Source of the DNA: a virus
DNA: 64,000 bases
IMG/VR virus record: IMGVR_UViG_3300043446_000617
Coordinates: 4,219-68,218 of that record
Reading direction: 5' to 3' (one strand)
Positions 62,539 through 64,000 of the stretch are shown here, in pieces. The notes beneath the pieces were generated by a model, which had not been told where the DNA came from, did no database searches, and saw nothing but the letters and a program-made list of their open reading frames with translations. The position numbers were made by a program, and so were the translations under genes. Position 1 is the stretch's first letter. Each line of letters opens with the position of its first letter.

Positions 62539-62717
62539 CTAACTCTCCTTAAAGGTTCTTGATACTTCTCTGGTGGTGGGGCAATCATCTTTTCTGAAGG
62601 AGGAGTCCATCCATACTTTCTCCATATTGCTTGAACATCAGAACCAGATGACCATTTGAAATCCTTGTTTGGCACAGAGGGATAACTGATCTTTGAATAA
62701 GGTGGTTTTTCAATCAT
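62535..62717 (-). CDS. Small Pro-rich protein
   Basis: Homologue at 29289. Confidence 0.7.
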   Translation of the reverse strand: MIEKPPYSKISYPSVPNKDFKWSSGSDVQAIWRKYGWTPPSEKMIAPPPEKYQEPLRRVR

Positions 62718-63046
62718 TTTGCTTGCATCACTCGTTGTTTGCGACCAGAGCGACCTACTTTGACTCCAGTAATTTCAATGAATCCCTTGTCTAACAAAGC
62801 CTTGTATCTTGCTGTTATTGAGGAATATGGGTACTGCGGGAACAACTCTAAGACTTCATCTGAAATACAGCCCTCTGGGAAGCCTTTAATGGCCTCATAG
62901 ACCATTTGTTCGAGCTTGGTGGTGTCAACTACTTGAGCCGCTTCGTGACTCGTTGTAGGGTCTTCTTTTCGTACCAACTTAAATGGTGGAGAGCCAAAAA
63001 ATTTCTCTACTTGTCCACCAAACCATGTTTTATCTAATGTCATCAT
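62714..63046 (-). CDS. Winged-helix protein
   Basis: DP.TSHEAA and SGRKQRV. Confidence 0.7.
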   Translation of the reverse strand: MMTLDKTWFGGQVEKFFGSPPFKLVRKEDPTTSHEAAQVVDTTKLEQMVYEAIKGFPEGCISDEVLELFPQYPYSSITARYKALLDKGFIEITGVKVGRSGRKQRVMQAK

Positions 63047-63065
63047 TCACTCCTGTTAAATTGGT

Positions 63066-63127
63066 GAGGGTACTCGCTGCGTCCATGTTCGTCCGACATT
63101 TCTGTCCATAGCATCCGCTTTCCCCTC
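63066..63127 (-). ncRNA. Candidate loop-E hairpin RNA
   Basis: Covaries with 29802-29858. Confidence 0.5.
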
Positions 63128-63134
63128 GTAAGTT

Positions 63135-63296
63135 TTAATTGCAAGTTGTATTGCAAGTTCGGAATTGACCTTCGCCATAACAGCAGGTTGTGCAGAAAAC
63201 TGTTTTTCCACCAACTGTATAAGTGCTATATGTGCATGAAGCCCATACTATTGTTGCCACCAAAGACAACCAAACTCCAACAATTACTTTTTTCAT
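63135..63296 (-). CDS. 53-aa secreted six-Cys miniprotein
   Basis: Hand-translated; RBS AAGGA; signal peptide ending VWA. Confidence 0.7.
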   Translation of the reverse strand: MKKVIVGVWLSLVATIVWASCTYSTYTVGGKTVFCTTCCYGEGQFRTCNTTCN

Positions 63297-63305
63297 TTTG
63301 AGTCC

Positions 63306-63545
63306 TTAGAAAGGCATATCAGAATCATCAAAGTTAGTCGCTTTAGACCTCTCTGATGGCTTTGCTTGTTGCTCTTTAGGCGAGAGTGCCAGTCCCATGA
63401 ACTTGCCACCCTTACCCTCTTTGATCCATGCAGACAACCAATAGTCCTGACCATTGACTGTGATGTTTCCTTTGTAATCAGGATGGTTTCCTGTTTCTTT
63501 CTTGTCGTTTTTAAACAACACGCCTGAGTTATCACGCTTTTCCAT
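63306..63545 (-). CDS. Small SSB (DUF736-like)
   Basis: Homologue at 29871. Confidence 0.7.
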   Translation of the reverse strand: MEKRDNSGVLFKNDKKETGNHPDYKGNITVNGQDYWLSAWIKEGKGGKFMGLALSPKEQQAKPSERSKATNFDDSDMPF

Positions 63546-64000
63546 TAGATTTCCTTCGCTTTCTTTAACGCTGTACGCACTTTGCTTGGCAGAAGTGTCC
63601 AGAGGGCAATTTTCTGTTCCCCGTCTAGGTTCTGCTCTTCCAATCTCACCCAAGCTGCCTTGGGATCACCCTGTTCGCAAGTAGCAATCAATTCAATTGC
63701 TAATTCCTCTAGGTATCGTAATTCCTCTTCAGGAATGTTGTCTGTTGCACCCTGAGTCGGTGTGATAACGACAGATTTACCCTCTTCTGGGAGGTCTTCA
63801 CCAGCGTAAATGTAGAGTCCCAATCCATGTAGACTTAAAGCCTTGGTCATGCAGCGCATGATGGCTGTGTTGACCGCAAAAGCATCAGGATTAGGGATTG
63901 CTTTGTTTCGGTAGTCCATAACAGGAAGTTGACAAGTCATTGGTTTGCCAAACATGGTGGCGGTGACAAACACCATTGCCGTACCATTGATGTCCATAAA
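63545..64000 (-). CDS. Sak3/DUF1071 annealase, N-terminus beyond window
   Basis: Homologue at 30112. Confidence 0.8.
   Translation of the reverse strand, partial: FMDINGTAMVFVTATMFGKPMTCQLPVMDYRNKAIPNPDAFAVNTAIMRCMTKALSLHGLGLYIYAGEDLPEEGKSVVITPTQGATDNIPEEELRYLEELAIELIATCEQGDPKAAWVRLEEQNLDGEQKIALWTLLPSKVRTALKKAKEI

Noticed and set aside
1-64000. Integrated tandem prophages in a host chromosome
   Set aside because: No host genes, integrase or att-like junction seen; gene order runs continuously from one unit into the next.

Overview
The window holds almost two consecutive, colinear genome units of a ~33.5-kb podovirus-like tailed phage. Gene order repeats: C5-methyltransferase, RusA, leftward early region, TerS/TerL, portal, scaffold, P22-like coat, tail tube and fibre, ejection proteins, lysis, recombination, replication. 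I found no integrase, CI-type repressor, tRNA or CRISPR array. CTG-N10-CAG boxes and two-component spanins point to a beta/gamma-proteobacterial host (inference). The two units are related but distinct, except for a ~2.9-kb scaffold/capsid block that looks identical by eye (9902-12768 vs 43459-46325, offset 33,557). This suggests two sibling phages joined through a shared block, and it provides a built-in comparative alignment. Main observations: (1) a dense, partly swappable array of host DNA-binding-protein-like sites (LexA-, Fur- and XerD-like) just upstream of terS; (2) a C5-MTase split over two fully overlapping reading frames, with variable PTP repeats in the second frame; (3) a promoter class in which a TAAGGGTTTNTCCTA pseudo-palindrome sits 22-24 nt before the -10; (4) an early small-gene array with a shared start motif and two conserved micropeptides; (5) covarying RNA structures; (6) several unit-specific insertions (HNH, PAPS-reductase family, metallophosphoesterase module, secreted six-Cys miniprotein). 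All calls come from reading the sequence; no searches were run.
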